From assembly GCA_013265495.1 (NCBI GenBank), contig MU057947.1, positions 10,048 through 74,047 on the forward strand: a stretch of 64,000 nt of DNA, in the 5' to 3' direction. A program made the position numbers and the translations under genes. This document shows positions 48,541 to 60,367 of the stretch, piece by piece. The DNA comes from Vicugna vicugna. Lineage: Eukaryota. The notes below the pieces were generated by a model that ran no database searches, was not told the origin of the DNA, and saw only the letters and a list, made by a program, of their open reading frames with translations. The stretch's first letter is position 1; each line of letters begins with the position of its first letter.

Positions 48541-49419
48541 AGACACACTGCCCACTGCTCTCGATCTTCAAAAGTGTGGGAAACCCAGCTAGGTACCACC
48601 CTTGCTCCGTAAGAGGTCAGGTGTAGCTGAGGAGAAATGAAGATACCTGATCATATCAGGGTGTGTGGATGAGTGCCCAGGACATTGGACCAGCAAGACT
48701 GACCATCCAGTGCAGGAGCAATCTTGAGGGGCTTCACGGAGGAGGTGCTCACCAGGGAACTCACACCCTCCACTGCCCCAAGTTTATGCACAAGCAGAGG
48801 AAGTGGGAGGTCATGGGCTGCTGATCAAGTGAGTCTCATCAACCAGGACAGCTCCTGGGTGAGGGCTGGACATCTGGCTTGAATCTCTATGGCACATCCT
48901 GCCAGATTTGACAGATTAAGGCAAGACAGACATATTCTGCCCACAGCCTCAGTGGTGAGTGACCGAGAGGCCAAGAGGGGGCCCCACGTAGGGGAATAAA
49001 CCTGCAGAGATGTCCCAGGTTCCACGCTGGAATCTGACAGCATCTCAGGGCCTCCCACGGGGTCACCAACAGCCAAGGTGAAGGTAGCCACACTGCTGCT
49101 GCCAGGAAATTAGGGACCACGTCAGGGAGGGCGAAGGGCACCCCCATCCCCAGGGAGCTGGGTGGGCCAGCCCTGGGATGGTGAACCCCAAACACTCCCA
49201 ACAGCCCGCTGTTTTCACCAGGAAGCCTCCCAGCAGGTGAAACCTCCACACACGAGGCGCGTGTGACAGAGGACCTCCTGCTCCCCTGGGGCCTGGGGGA
49301 CCGTTAGGGAGGTGATGCTTAAAATGTGAGCGTGGGTCGCAGAGAGGGCAACGAGGGGGTCCCTCTGCCAGGCAAGGCCCTCTCCCAGCAGCAGGGTGGT
49401 CAGCCGTGGAGAAGAGTCA

Positions 49420-50290
49420 GGGGCCGCAGGAGCTGGCTGGAGACCCACCGCAGAGACTTGGGCTCAGCCCCGAGCTCGTCAAAGCATCTGTCCCGGCCAG
49501 GCGGGCTCCGGGTGGCTAAGATGGACTTTCTCACATCCGCGCGCCGGTGGCTGCGGCAGGCCTCTCCCCTCTGCCTCCCGCGCTCGCCGCCCCCGGGCCC
49601 CCGTCGTCTCCGAGCTCACTTCCCACCCGCTGGGATCCCAGGTGCCAGCTACAGGCCAGGAGGCTTCCTGCGGGAGGAGCAGCAAGAGCAGCAGCAAAGC
49701 CGGCCCCTCCCCTAGACTTCTCGCAGCCCCAGCGCCGGCTGCGCAGGGCTGGCCCCCTCGAGTCACATGCATCCGGCACTGCCTTCTGACCTTGTCACGC
49801 TGCCATGGAGAGAAGGGTGTCGGTGGACTTGGGCGGACGTTTGTTTGCCCAGATGCCCCTGGAAGGAAGGAGGCCCTCACACCGCACCAGGGCGTCATTT
49901 CCGCTAACGCGCGCGCGATTCCACACGCAGGCCCCCGCGCTGAGCCGTGGTGGCGGGAGAGCTGCCGCTACAGCCGCGAAGCCCCACCTCCCTCCCTTGC
50001 GCCGGAACTGCCTTTTCCACCCGGCAACACGCTCGCCGCTCCTCCGGTCGCCGCGTCTCCGCGTCTGCCAGCGCCACTCGCTTGGAAAAGAACGGCCGGC
50101 CCCACGCCCGGCGACACGGCCCCGCTGCCGCAGCGGCCAGGGCCCCCGCGCGCCGGGCTCCAGCGCGGGACGCCAGGGCGCGCCGCCCCCGGGCTCCGGG
50201 CGGTGGCTCAGCCTGGCCGGTCTCTTCTCAGAGCTTCCCGGGAAGGAGGCATGTTTTACTGAGCGCCTCGGCGGCAAGTGCCGAAGCAGT
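49420..50290. promoter_or_regulatory. CpG island, promoter-like (strongest in the window)
   Basis: Very high GC and CpG density; (CG)5 at 49908-49917; ETS-type ATTTCCG (49897) and CCGGAA (about 50001); minus-strand donor GAA|GTGAGC near 49615-49620. Confidence 0.8.
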
Positions 50291-50356
50291 CTGAAAATTC
50301 AGGACATCAACCAGGTCTCAGGACGTGATAAACACGAAAGGGGCATTCCTTTAAGT

Positions 50357-50992
50357 TCTTTTTTTTTACTGAAATGTAATTGGCTTACAATACTGTGTTA
50401 ATTTCTGGTGTACAGCATGGTGATTCATTTATTTTTATACATACACACACACACACACACACATATATATAGTCCTTTTCATTTTCTTTTTCATTATCGG
50501 TTATTACAAGGTATTGAATATAGTTCCCTGTGTTATATAGTAGAACCTTGTTGTATATCTATTTTATATACAGTAGTTAGTATCTACAAATTCCAAACTC
50601 CCAATTTATCCCTCCCTAATCCCTTCCCACCCCCCATAACCATAAGTTTGTTTTCTATGTCTGTGAGTCTGTTTCCGTTTTATAAATAAGTTCATTTGTG
50701 TCCTTTTTTCCAGGATTCTACATATAAGTGATCTCATATGGTATTTTTCTTTCTCGTTCTGTCTTACTTCACTTAGAATGATGATCTCCAGGTCCATCCA
50801 TGTTGCCACAAAGGGCATTATTTTATTCTTTTTTATGGCCGAGTAGTATTCCATTGTGTAAATATACCACATCTTCTTTATCCAGTCATCTGTCAATGGA
50901 CATTCAGGTTGCTTCCATGTCTTGGCTATTGTAAATAGTGCTGCTATAGACTGATCCTGTGATCCAGCAGTCCCACTCCCAGGCATATATCC
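50357..50992 (-). mobile_element. Young L1 3' end with short 5' inversion
   Basis: Poly-T, 3' UTR with (CA)n, ORF2 tail (AALFTIAKTWKQP...WIKKMWYIYTMEYYSAIKKN...ILSEV) in antisense; 50951-50992 'gatccagcagtcccactcccaggcatatatcc' is L1 in the sense orientation. Confidence 0.92.
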
Positions 50993-52344
50993 TCAGTGTT
51001 TATTTTTAACTCTCAGAAGCATGGTCCCAGACATTGAACATTGCCCACGGAGAATCAGGTAGACGAGGGCCAACGCAGTCAGGGACCCAGGGGTCAGAGA
51101 AGAGCAGGAGGAGGGGAGGCCCGTGGCCTGCCTGGGGGACAGAGGGGCCTCCACACAGATGGAGAATCCCACTCAGCCTCGAGATGTGGGTGTGACAGAG
51201 CCCGTGGCGGTGCAGGATAGAAACCCACGGTCGTACCCCACACGACGCACATACACTCTGCACATGCACACAGGGGTCCGTGCACGTGAACAACCAGCAG
51301 CCTGCTGGCAGTCTTAGGGTCCACGGGTGCAGGGGGAGTGGAAATCCGATTGCAACCAGCCAAGAGGGAACATAAAGTGAGTAATGAAAGCACAGAGTTG
51401 GCCAGTAAAGGGAAAACAAAACACAGGTGACCAGAGAGGACAGCAAGATGCCAAGAAGGTGATTTTTTAGGAAGAAAGAGACTTAATGGAGGATTCCTGC
51501 ATCAGGAGACAGGCTGGACGGGGTCTGGTTGGGTCCTTGAACCACAGGCATCTCTGACCCTGAGCCCTCAGAGCAGCAGGAAGGAACAGACGGGGCCAGA
51601 GAGCATCCGAGGATGATGGACAGGACGTGGGGCAAAGTGGGTCCCACAGGACAGGCAGCAGGAGAGGAGGAGGGCCTTGGCCTCCCTGTGGTCAGGGACT
51701 GAGAGATGGTGCTGACACAAGCAGACGGGCAAGTCGGAGAAAAGGTGAGGAGGGGAGGGGCAGTAACCACATGACCAAGCAGTTGTCCCGCCAAAGTGGC
51801 CCCATTTCCACAGATTAGACATTACATGCAGATTCAACATAAGCTAATCTTCTAAGATCCCAGAGCAAAAAGCAGGAGCCCTCACCCACGGCAGCAAGGG
51901 TTTGCAGAGCGCTCTCACACCGTGATCAGCTGTGATCGCTTATGAAGGGCCTTAAAAGAGAGCAGATATTATCTTCAGTGATGAAAAGGAGAACTCGGGT
52001 AAGTGGCACCATAAGCAAATCTTTTTGTTCCTGCCTTGAATGATCCAGTTTCCTTGGTGGCCTGTGACAAAAGCCCATTCATCTAAAAGAGGAAGTTTCT
52101 GGCTCATGTTACTGGAAAGAGAAGGGGTGTTGCTGAGCCCGGGAGCAGCTGGAGTCAAGACCCCTCACCATCTCCCAGCACGGCTCCGCTCTTCCTCTGC
52201 CAGCTTCTCCCCTCCAGCGGGCCTGGGTGAGGGTGGCGCGGGCCTAGGAAGCTCAAGGAGAGAGGTCCCATGCGAAGGCTATCAGAAGAGCCCCGGGGAG
52301 GTTCTCAGCTTGGACCATGTGTCCCGTGGATTCAATCGCTAAGT

Positions 52345-52480
52345 CCATCCAGCCATTCATTTGAGGAAATGTTGCCTGAGCACCCCCAGCCCACCGGCCG
52401 CACGCCAGGCGGCGGGGATGTGGGCGTGAACGAGGCAAGACAGAGGTCTCTGCTCTGAAGGAGCTCACAGTCTAATGGGA
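52345..52480 (-). mobile_element. L2 3' fragment
   Basis: 'ccatccagccattcattt...gtgaacgaggcaagacagaggtctctgctctgaaggagctcacagtctaatggga'. Confidence 0.7.
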
Positions 52481-55400
52481 AAAGAGGGACCATTCAAAAC
52501 CAACCACAACAGAAAGATCAAGAAAACCCAAGTACAGACACCCATGGATCTGTGATTAAACCGATCCCAGGGGTCCTGGAAAGAGAAGGCAGAAAAAGAC
52601 TAGACTGTGTGTGGTAGGCGGGGGTCATGGCAAGGGAAGAGATATGAAGAGCGTTTCCCCAAAAGGACAGGATTTGATGTTATAACTAAGAAAAAAGGGA
52701 AGGCTGCAAGGCAGACAAAATAAAAATGCAGAATTATATACATGTTTTTGCCTAATGGTTTTTAATTCTGAAAACAGGAATATGGGAGAGATGAGGAGCG
52801 GGGAAGGCCGTGTGAACTGCTCCAATGTGGAGCACCCTTCCACACCAAAGACGCTTACCAAGATTTGGAAACAGCCTTCTCAGGGGATCCTGGTCTGCAA
52901 CCCCGACTCCACCCCTGCCTCCTGGAGCTGCCCACCCGGACGTTCACAGGGTCCCCCCAGTGGGCCACCCTGTAGTGAGTTACAGACTCCCCTTCATTTG
53001 CCTTCAGGGCCCATGTGTTTGGCACGGCTCCCGGCATGTAGAATGCACTTGCTCATTCAGGCAAGGCTGTTTTTCATTCGTTTACTCTAATCGGCTACAT
53101 TCAGCCATCATGACACGGAGTAGTATACGAAAAAGTCCTGAGAGTCGTTTGTGACCTTCTGTTCATTTAACTGTCTTCCTTTTTAGCATGAATAACAAGA
53201 CTCCAATTTTAAGGCCTGTCCAGTTCTTGGAAACAATGTTTGGAGGACCATCACAAAAATGCGCACAGTGCACAAAACGGGAGAGGCCCTGGTTGAGGCG
53301 ACAGCACAGACTCTGAGCCACTGGGTTGTGCCTCCCCCCACACATCACGTGACAGGTTGCCACATGCGCTCATTGTTGTCCAACCTATTGCGCCCCTGAA
53401 ATCCTTCATCTTAACCCTCCACTGTACTTGGAAACCTTCTGTGGTCCAATCTGGACCCCACCATGGAGCAAGAGCTCAAGCCGAATTAGCCTCGAGTGCT
53501 CAGAACTGATGGGAGCAGCGACCCAGCTGACTGTCAGCCGCTGGAGGTCTTGGACCTAGGAAGTCGCAGCTAGACAAGCAATGTAGGTCACCACCCCTGA
53601 GATGTCTCGAATCCATTCTTTCGAGCCTAATACATTGTCTAGCGTGTTTGTCCAGAAGAGTTCCTCTCCTCCTGTCATAGTTTTACATCTCAGATACCAG
53701 CCAATTCTCAGGCAGAGCAGTGAAGTCCGCCACTTCCCAGGGGACAAGACAAGGTCATGAGGCACACAGACAGATGTGGACGACGGATCCCCACTAACGG
53801 AGGACGGAGGGTGCAATGCGTGTGCCTGGGAGCCAGCGCAGGCAGGCACCCCTGGCTTTCAGGAGCAGTACCAGGGCCCCGCAGAAGGGAGCTCAGGTCC
53901 CTGTGCAGTGGGCTTGGCTGATGGCTACATGGATAGATGGAGCCTCCAGCGGTGTTTTCTCCCAGCGAGAATAACTCAGTAGGGAGGATACGTGTTGGCC
54001 ATTGAACGAGGGTCTGTTCTAATCACCAGATGACAGACCAATCTCTAGGGTGCATTTCAAAGGCCTCCACTTCTAAGGACCATTTTAAATGGCGCTCCAG
54101 CCCCCTTTGTTTTGAGGTTCTCGGTCCCTGTGCTGACATTGCCTCAAGCGCTGTCAGTTTGTTAGCTCTCACTCACTTCTTTCTTCTCTAAGGAAGTCCT
54201 TCCCTAAGAGCAGAGCCAGCCGGGGCTCCCACGGGCAGGAGGATCCTCACGTCTATGGGGCTCCTCCTCTCCTTCAGGGAGGCCACTCCTAGCTGACCTG
54301 CTGATGCGTGAGGAGGCCCATGTCTGAACTACAAAGCGCACGGGAAGGGAATGCTAATGGTGGTCAGTTTTCCTCAGGACACCAGGAGACAGTGCCTCTG
54401 GAGTTAGGGCCAAAGTTGACAGAGAAAGCCAGGCGAGAAATGGGACTTCTCAGTCCTCTGATGAGGGCAGCGTTATAGCCTGGCGCCTTGGTTGGGACCC
54501 AAAAGGGGACCACACTTATGGGTCGGTAAAGTCCCTTTCAACCCAAGTGTCACGCAGGCCCGAAGCCCAGTCTCATGAGGTCTGAGGCAAATTTTGTGAC
54601 CTGCAATGAGGTCACGCTGTACACACCTGCCTCCCATCATATTTGCTCAAACTCCTACCTTTCCATGGGCCTTGTTTTGTTTTATCTGAACTTTATGTTC
54701 AAGAAAGAAGATGGTGAGGCAGTTGGCCTGAGAGCCGCACAAGCTACACCCCCAGTCTCCCTCAGCAGGGCAGGTGTGAACCCCATTCCTGGTTACCCCC
54801 TGCTCCTTGTCACAATCCACAGACCTAAGTTCTCACTCCAGGGCCCTGCACCTTTGGGTTCATTTGACCCAGAGCTGTTGGTCACCCCTGAAGAGCTCAC
54901 AGCCTCACATAATTAATTTGGTTGATGGTTATATTACAAATGTGAAATTAATGCCATAAATGTATTTTTTCAGACTGAAGGTCCTTAGAAGTTCCATTTA
55001 CCTGTCACCTGATATGATTCCAACTTATTTCTGGATATCTTCATTTCTGTGTATTTCAATGTATTGATTTTTATTTGTAAATTATTAGGGACTTATGGAC
55101 TCCTCCGTTCTGTGATGTTTTGAGAGACAATCATGTTTTCAGCACTGAAAATAAATGTTGCCATATTTTCCCAGGTGACTCAAAGATAAGGCTCTCTGCT
55201 TACGACTCTGGATTTAATCATTCCTCATGGCTACTATTGACTGTCTTTGGCATAATTCATGCCAATAACATGAAGTCTTTATATTTTTCTCATTGAACCA
55301 GCAACATCACAGTTAACAAACCATCGAAGACACAAAATTTTGTACATTTTTTTTTCATTTTATAATTAAAAGATGACAAAGATGTGCAACTTTTAAAAGA

Positions 55401-57299
55401 TTTCTAGCCCGTTATTAAATTTTTATCCACTGAGTGGGTATCCTAAACCCTCCCAACCACCATCAGAGTTTTGGATTTCCAGCAATGCTGTGAATTTTAT
55501 TCTTTTACAGATAAGATTATTATTCTGATAAGATTTCAGAAAATCAAAGCCCTGTCCCCCAGATGACAAAAGACTCTGGCCCGAGCACAGCCAGTGTGGT
55601 GGGGAACAAACCAAGCTCGGTGTCTGGAGGATGTGCCCAGTTATCAATCACCTGGAGAAGCAGAGCTGACAGGGTGCCGAGGGAGGCACCTGGAGCCGTT
55701 CATTGACTCCCGATGACAAAGCCGTTCTGCATATCGCCTTTCTGCTAATCAACCGAACCTCCGTGGTGAATTACACATCAAGGTCTGCTCTCTGTGGAGA
55801 TGCAGGAAGGGAGGTGGGAAGCAGAGAGCGGAAGGGCTGACGTGACCCAGCGTATAATGGAGGGCGTCAGGCCTCCTGACGCATCAGCTCTGTGGGGGGC
55901 AGTGACCCCCCTTCAGGCCCCTGCCCTGGGCGGGTGTAGATGCCTCCCGATTTACCTTTTGTGTGACAGAAACAGGAGGGAAAGTTACCAATCCTAAGCA
56001 AATATTGAAAATCCGTTGGAGGGGAACAGACAGCCGCTCTTCCGTCTGGACTGTTCAACTGGCAACTCACAGGCAGTGGCTGCCCAAGGTCGTGGACACC
56101 AAGCAGAATGATCAGGAGGGTAAAGGGCTGAGACAGGGATAGAGCATGAGGCTTCAGTCAAGGAGGGCAGGCCCAGGATACAGGAGAGATGAGCAAGACT
56201 GACCGCCTCGTCTAGCTTCAGCTTCCTGGAGAAGGAGAAGGACACCCGTTTCCCCACACCCGACACAACAGGTGCCAAGGAGGAAATAGGCTGAGCCCGA
56301 GAACCTTGGGCACAAACCCAGGAGAAGCTGTAGTTCTCACTATCATCTGAATCACAAGGTGAGGCTACACCCTCAGCCCAGTTATTTCCCAGAAGCATCC
56401 TAATTCTCAGGCCAAGATGACTGTGAACCACAGAAAGGTAAGAGCCGCCCTCTGCATGTGAACACTGAGTCCAGGTCTCCCAGGCCCAGCCCTTGCTCAG
56501 CATTGACATTAGCATTTCCCACCTGGGGGGCATAATGCGTTAGACCTTCAGTTTGGTTGGCCAGATGGATTCTTCAAAAGTAAACATACACATTTTCATA
56601 AGGGTATATGTTGGATTTGCTTTCATTCACAACTGCAAATCATCAACACTGAAAATACTGCACGAAGAGATTATAAAAAAAAAGAAAAATTGAGAGCTAC
56701 TGAGTCAAAATGGTGTTTGTATAACTTTTTTCTTTCCTAAGAGGGAATTAAAATATTTATGGAAGCCCAGCACCAAAAAGAAATAGAAGGAGGTCGTCAG
56801 CAACTAGGAGATTTTGACAGATTTCTGGAAGAGCAAAAAAAAGGGGGATCAAGAAGTGGTGGCTGGAAAACTGGAAAAACCAAAGCTCAAAAAATACAGG
56901 AAGCATGAATCAGTTGTGAAGGGACCAAGGTGCCATGGGAGGTACCAACAGGTTTCAACATAACATGATGGGAAAGGCATGCATGGCTCTTGGGTCTGAA
57001 AATCAAAAGGATTAGTTTTCAGACATCCACCTCTAGGAGCAGAAGACCCAGCAGCAAAGCGTTCATCTACTAACACCTGAGGACGTTCCTCTAAAGAGTG
57101 AAAATGAACAGTCTGGGGCAACTAGGCAATTGGGCAATTGTGCAGATATCAGTGATCTCATATAAGCCCTTAAAGTTTTGGCAAGTGTTCTTCCAGTTGA
57201 TAGCTGACCTCTCACTGAATTAATATAAAACAAAGCTGCCAGACAACCAGCAGTGAGGTCCTGGTCAGCTTGGCTACATCCTGCTCTGACATAATGGGA

Positions 57300-59010
57300 C
57301 AGTCCAGGTGAATCTGCCAGACAGATGACTGTGTGATAATTCAGGATAACAAACACAATCACCAAAAGACATCCTACAATACAATGCAAAAAATAACAAT
57401 CAAGACAAACAGAAACCATGATTCCAGAAAAAGTATGCATATTTCCAGTAAAATAAGAGAAATTTACACATAGACATTGACCAATATTCTCAGAGGGATA
57501 GAAGATCTTGAATCCACATAACAAGAACGAGATAGGATAAAAAAGAACAAAGAATAAGAAGCATTTCTTAGAACGTTAAAAATAATCTATTTCCTGAATT
57601 TGTTGTAAAGCAATAGACTGGAATGTAAATTTGAGGATTTTTTCCCTAAGAAGAAAAAAAAGGTCAAACTGAAATAAGGTAGGAAGCGGGAATTTTGTAA
57701 AAACTAGTCTAACTTGCAAATATAAGTGTTGCAGAAAGAACACAGAAAACAGAGGAAGTGACTAAAACAATGAAAAAAATTCTCCAAAACTGAAGAAAGC
57801 ATGCCTTAAAATCAAAAGTGTGCCAACCACAATCTTTTCCATAAAATACAAAAAACATCACCATGACATCAGAACACTAGTAAAAGGGAAAATGTATCCA
57901 CTGCTACGAAAGAAAAAAATGCAGGTTGCCTACAAAGGGAAAAGGGCACGAGACCGACAGCAAACATGTCAAGAGCAGCATTTCTTTCTGGAAATTAATG
58001 GACCAATGTCTTCGAAGTTCTGACGTTCTAGTTTCAACCTTCAGTTTTATACCCAGTCAAACTATCTCTCAAATATGAAGGCAGAGTAAGAACATGACGT
58101 GTAAGAACATGGAAAGCCTTCCAGCAAAATTTTTGGGGCTTATTTAATTATTGTTAAAATACACCAAGAAGAGAGTCCAGGAATCAGTAGATTCTCCCAG
58201 GAGAGCACAAAGTTATAGTCGAAAATTACAGCTGCCCAATTCATTCTCCAGACTGAACAGTACAGATTAGAACTGCAGGATGGATCTGGGGAGAGGTCTC
58301 CATAAAAGTAGGTAAGGTAACATCATGGAGAGGTTGGATAGAAGTTGAGAATTTATTGTAAGTAAAAGAGAAGAATCAGCTTAATCCTAGTGTCAGAAAC
58401 ATTTTGCACAGCAACTTGGGGCCAGTTGGACATTCAGAAAAGGGAATGTAATTTTCGCAGGGCATCTGCTTCTGCTGTGAATGCTGTTTCCAGAATCATA
58501 GCAATGTAAATGCTACTTGTCGGTTTTGAAATCTTGAAATCCATTTTTAGACAAAATTCACTGAAGACTAACTGAATCCATGTGAGCATGCAAAGACTAT
58601 GACCTTGATAATATGAAAAGAAAGACAGCTGACAAAATCGAGAAGTGGGAGAAAGAAAGGCAGAGACATGGGTGGAGGGGGTGTGAGTGGGTACTCAAGA
58701 AGCACTTTCAATGGGAAGAAAACTAATCATGCTGTTTGGTTTTTTGAAAATGACCACTGGAGGAACTTAAAATGGTAAGTTACCCAAATCGGAAGGACAA
58801 GAGGAGTGGGAGGAAACTGACGCTGCAAGTGGATAAATACAAACGCAAAAATAAACATACACAGCTTGTGTGTGTGAAGCCAAACAAAATTTACCAAAAA
58901 TTACAGGTGATCTCCCCTGGAACACCGAGCTAGAGGAACGTAAGAAGTTTCTGTCCATTGTGAACCTTTCCTGATGCTTTGATGTTTTTTTTAAGTCCAT
59001 GTTACATTAG
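57300..59010 (+). mobile_element. Ancient L1 ORF1 relic (HAL1/L1M-like)
   Basis: A-rich; remnants QVAYKGKRAR (cf. L1 ORF1p QVTYKGKPIR) and VLYPVKLSLKYEGRVRT (cf. ILYPAKLSF..EGEIK) at about 57920-58095; no ORF2 motifs seen downstream. Boundaries approximate. Confidence 0.65.
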
Positions 59011-59324
59011 GAGTATTTTTTTCCGAGTAGAGTTTAGAAATTCTTTCTTTCAGAAAAGGAGTGTGGAAATGTATAAAAGCAAATAAACTCTGGTCTAGAA
59101 GGTCCCATTTTAATGGCATATCCGGATCTGAATTTTGAATAACTGACCACGTACGTTACCCCACTGAACTAGAGTCAGCTAAGCTGATTACAGGACGAAT
59201 AGGCCCGTGGCAGCCCCAGACCAAGCCAGACTCTCTGGGACCCGGACCTGGGAATCTCACCATAACCATAATCCCGGGTGGTTCCCCACGACCTACAGCA
59301 TGGTTATGGCCACTCTGACCAAGT

Positions 59325-59680
59325 TATGCAAGGGTGGATTAGGCTGTGGTGAAAAAGGGACCCCAAAAGTATGACATTCATATGCGACAGACGTCATATC
59401 TCACCCACATACACAGCGGGTGTTCCCGCTTGGCGGGCGGCTCCCTCCACACGGTGACAGAGGGCCATAGGCTCCTCCATCTTGTGTGCTGGCATCCCTT
59501 AGCCTCTGCAGTGGAACGGAAGATAGGGGGACTTTGGCTTGGAAATGGCACACATCTCTCCTCTCAAACTCTGCCAGACAGGACCCAGCCACCTCTACCT
59601 GCAGGGCAGGAAGGCAAATGAAACGTGTCCCAGAGAAGAAGGAGAAATAGATTTTTGATGATCAGCCTCTATGTAGAACC
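59325..59680 (-). mobile_element. Old MaLR LTR (MLT1J/K-like)
   Basis: 'ggctccctccacacggtgac...ggctcctccatcttgtg...ttggaaatggcacacatc...cctgcagggcaggaaggcaaatg...gtgtcccagagaagaaggagaa'. Confidence 0.6.
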
Positions 59681-60251
59681 ACGGCACAGGCCACAGAAAA
59701 CTTCTCTCCCAGTTGACCAAGATCATTCTCTGTCAACAACCTGCAGAAAAAAACTCACTGCACGCAGGAAGGGGGGCCTGTTTGGACCAAGACACAGTGA
59801 AGGTCTGGCTGGAATTTTCACGTCCCTTCCTGGATAGCTCCTCAGGCTATCCTTCATTCTTGGGAGTTGCCACCAATCACATTGTTGACGTCTACACTTA
59901 GCCGAGCATGGCCGTCCGAGAACATGATCCCAGCTGCGGTAGTGCCTTTGAAGTTAAACTGCTAAATTGCCAGAGGCCCCAAATAAATAGGGTCCAGGCC
60001 ATTTCCAAATAGGATACCTCCAAGGCACCTCCGCACTTCAATGCAATAGACAGAGAACGTGACCCTCTTGTGCTGGTCTTGGCATTTACACCATAAGCGA
60101 TTGCAAACGGCATTTTAGAAAAGAATAAAATGTTTTCACCTTTGTGCCTTCCTCTACAATGTGACGGAAGGCAAGATAGAAAAATGGGAAAATGTTGTTA
60201 CTTTGGTGTTTAGTGTCAAACTGACAACCTACAAATCCTGCATGTCTATCA

Positions 60252-60367
60252 CTCAGTGACACGCAGGTACTCTGCGAGGACTGTCCTGCGCGTGGATGTA
60301 TCTGTGATGTATTTGTGGGAGAAGGGGAGCCCCGTGTCCTTCTGTTCTGCCATCATGAAGCCCCTCC
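60252..60367 (-). mobile_element. Isolated L1 5'-UTR start
   Basis: Reverse complement GGAGGGGCTTCATGATGGCAGAACAGAAGGACACGG...CCCACAAATACATCACAGATACATCCAC resembles the laurasiatherian L1 5' end (caagatggcg...cccacaaatacatcaaaaatacatctac). Confidence 0.7.

Noticed and set aside
49396..50401. Long ORFs (288, 198 and 160 aa) over the CpG island
   Set aside because: Pro/Arg/Ala/Gly-rich and open on both strands, as expected from stop-codon scarcity in GC-rich DNA.
50606..50986. 126-aa ORF (also ORFs at 9449-9939 and 16821-17009)
   Set aside because: Fragments of L1 ORF2, not host genes.
59260..59309. 10-bp inverted repeat CCATAACCAT/ATGGTTATGG, and an 8-bp hairpin at 55864-55882
   Set aside because: Too short for a pre-miRNA and compatible with chance in 64 kb.
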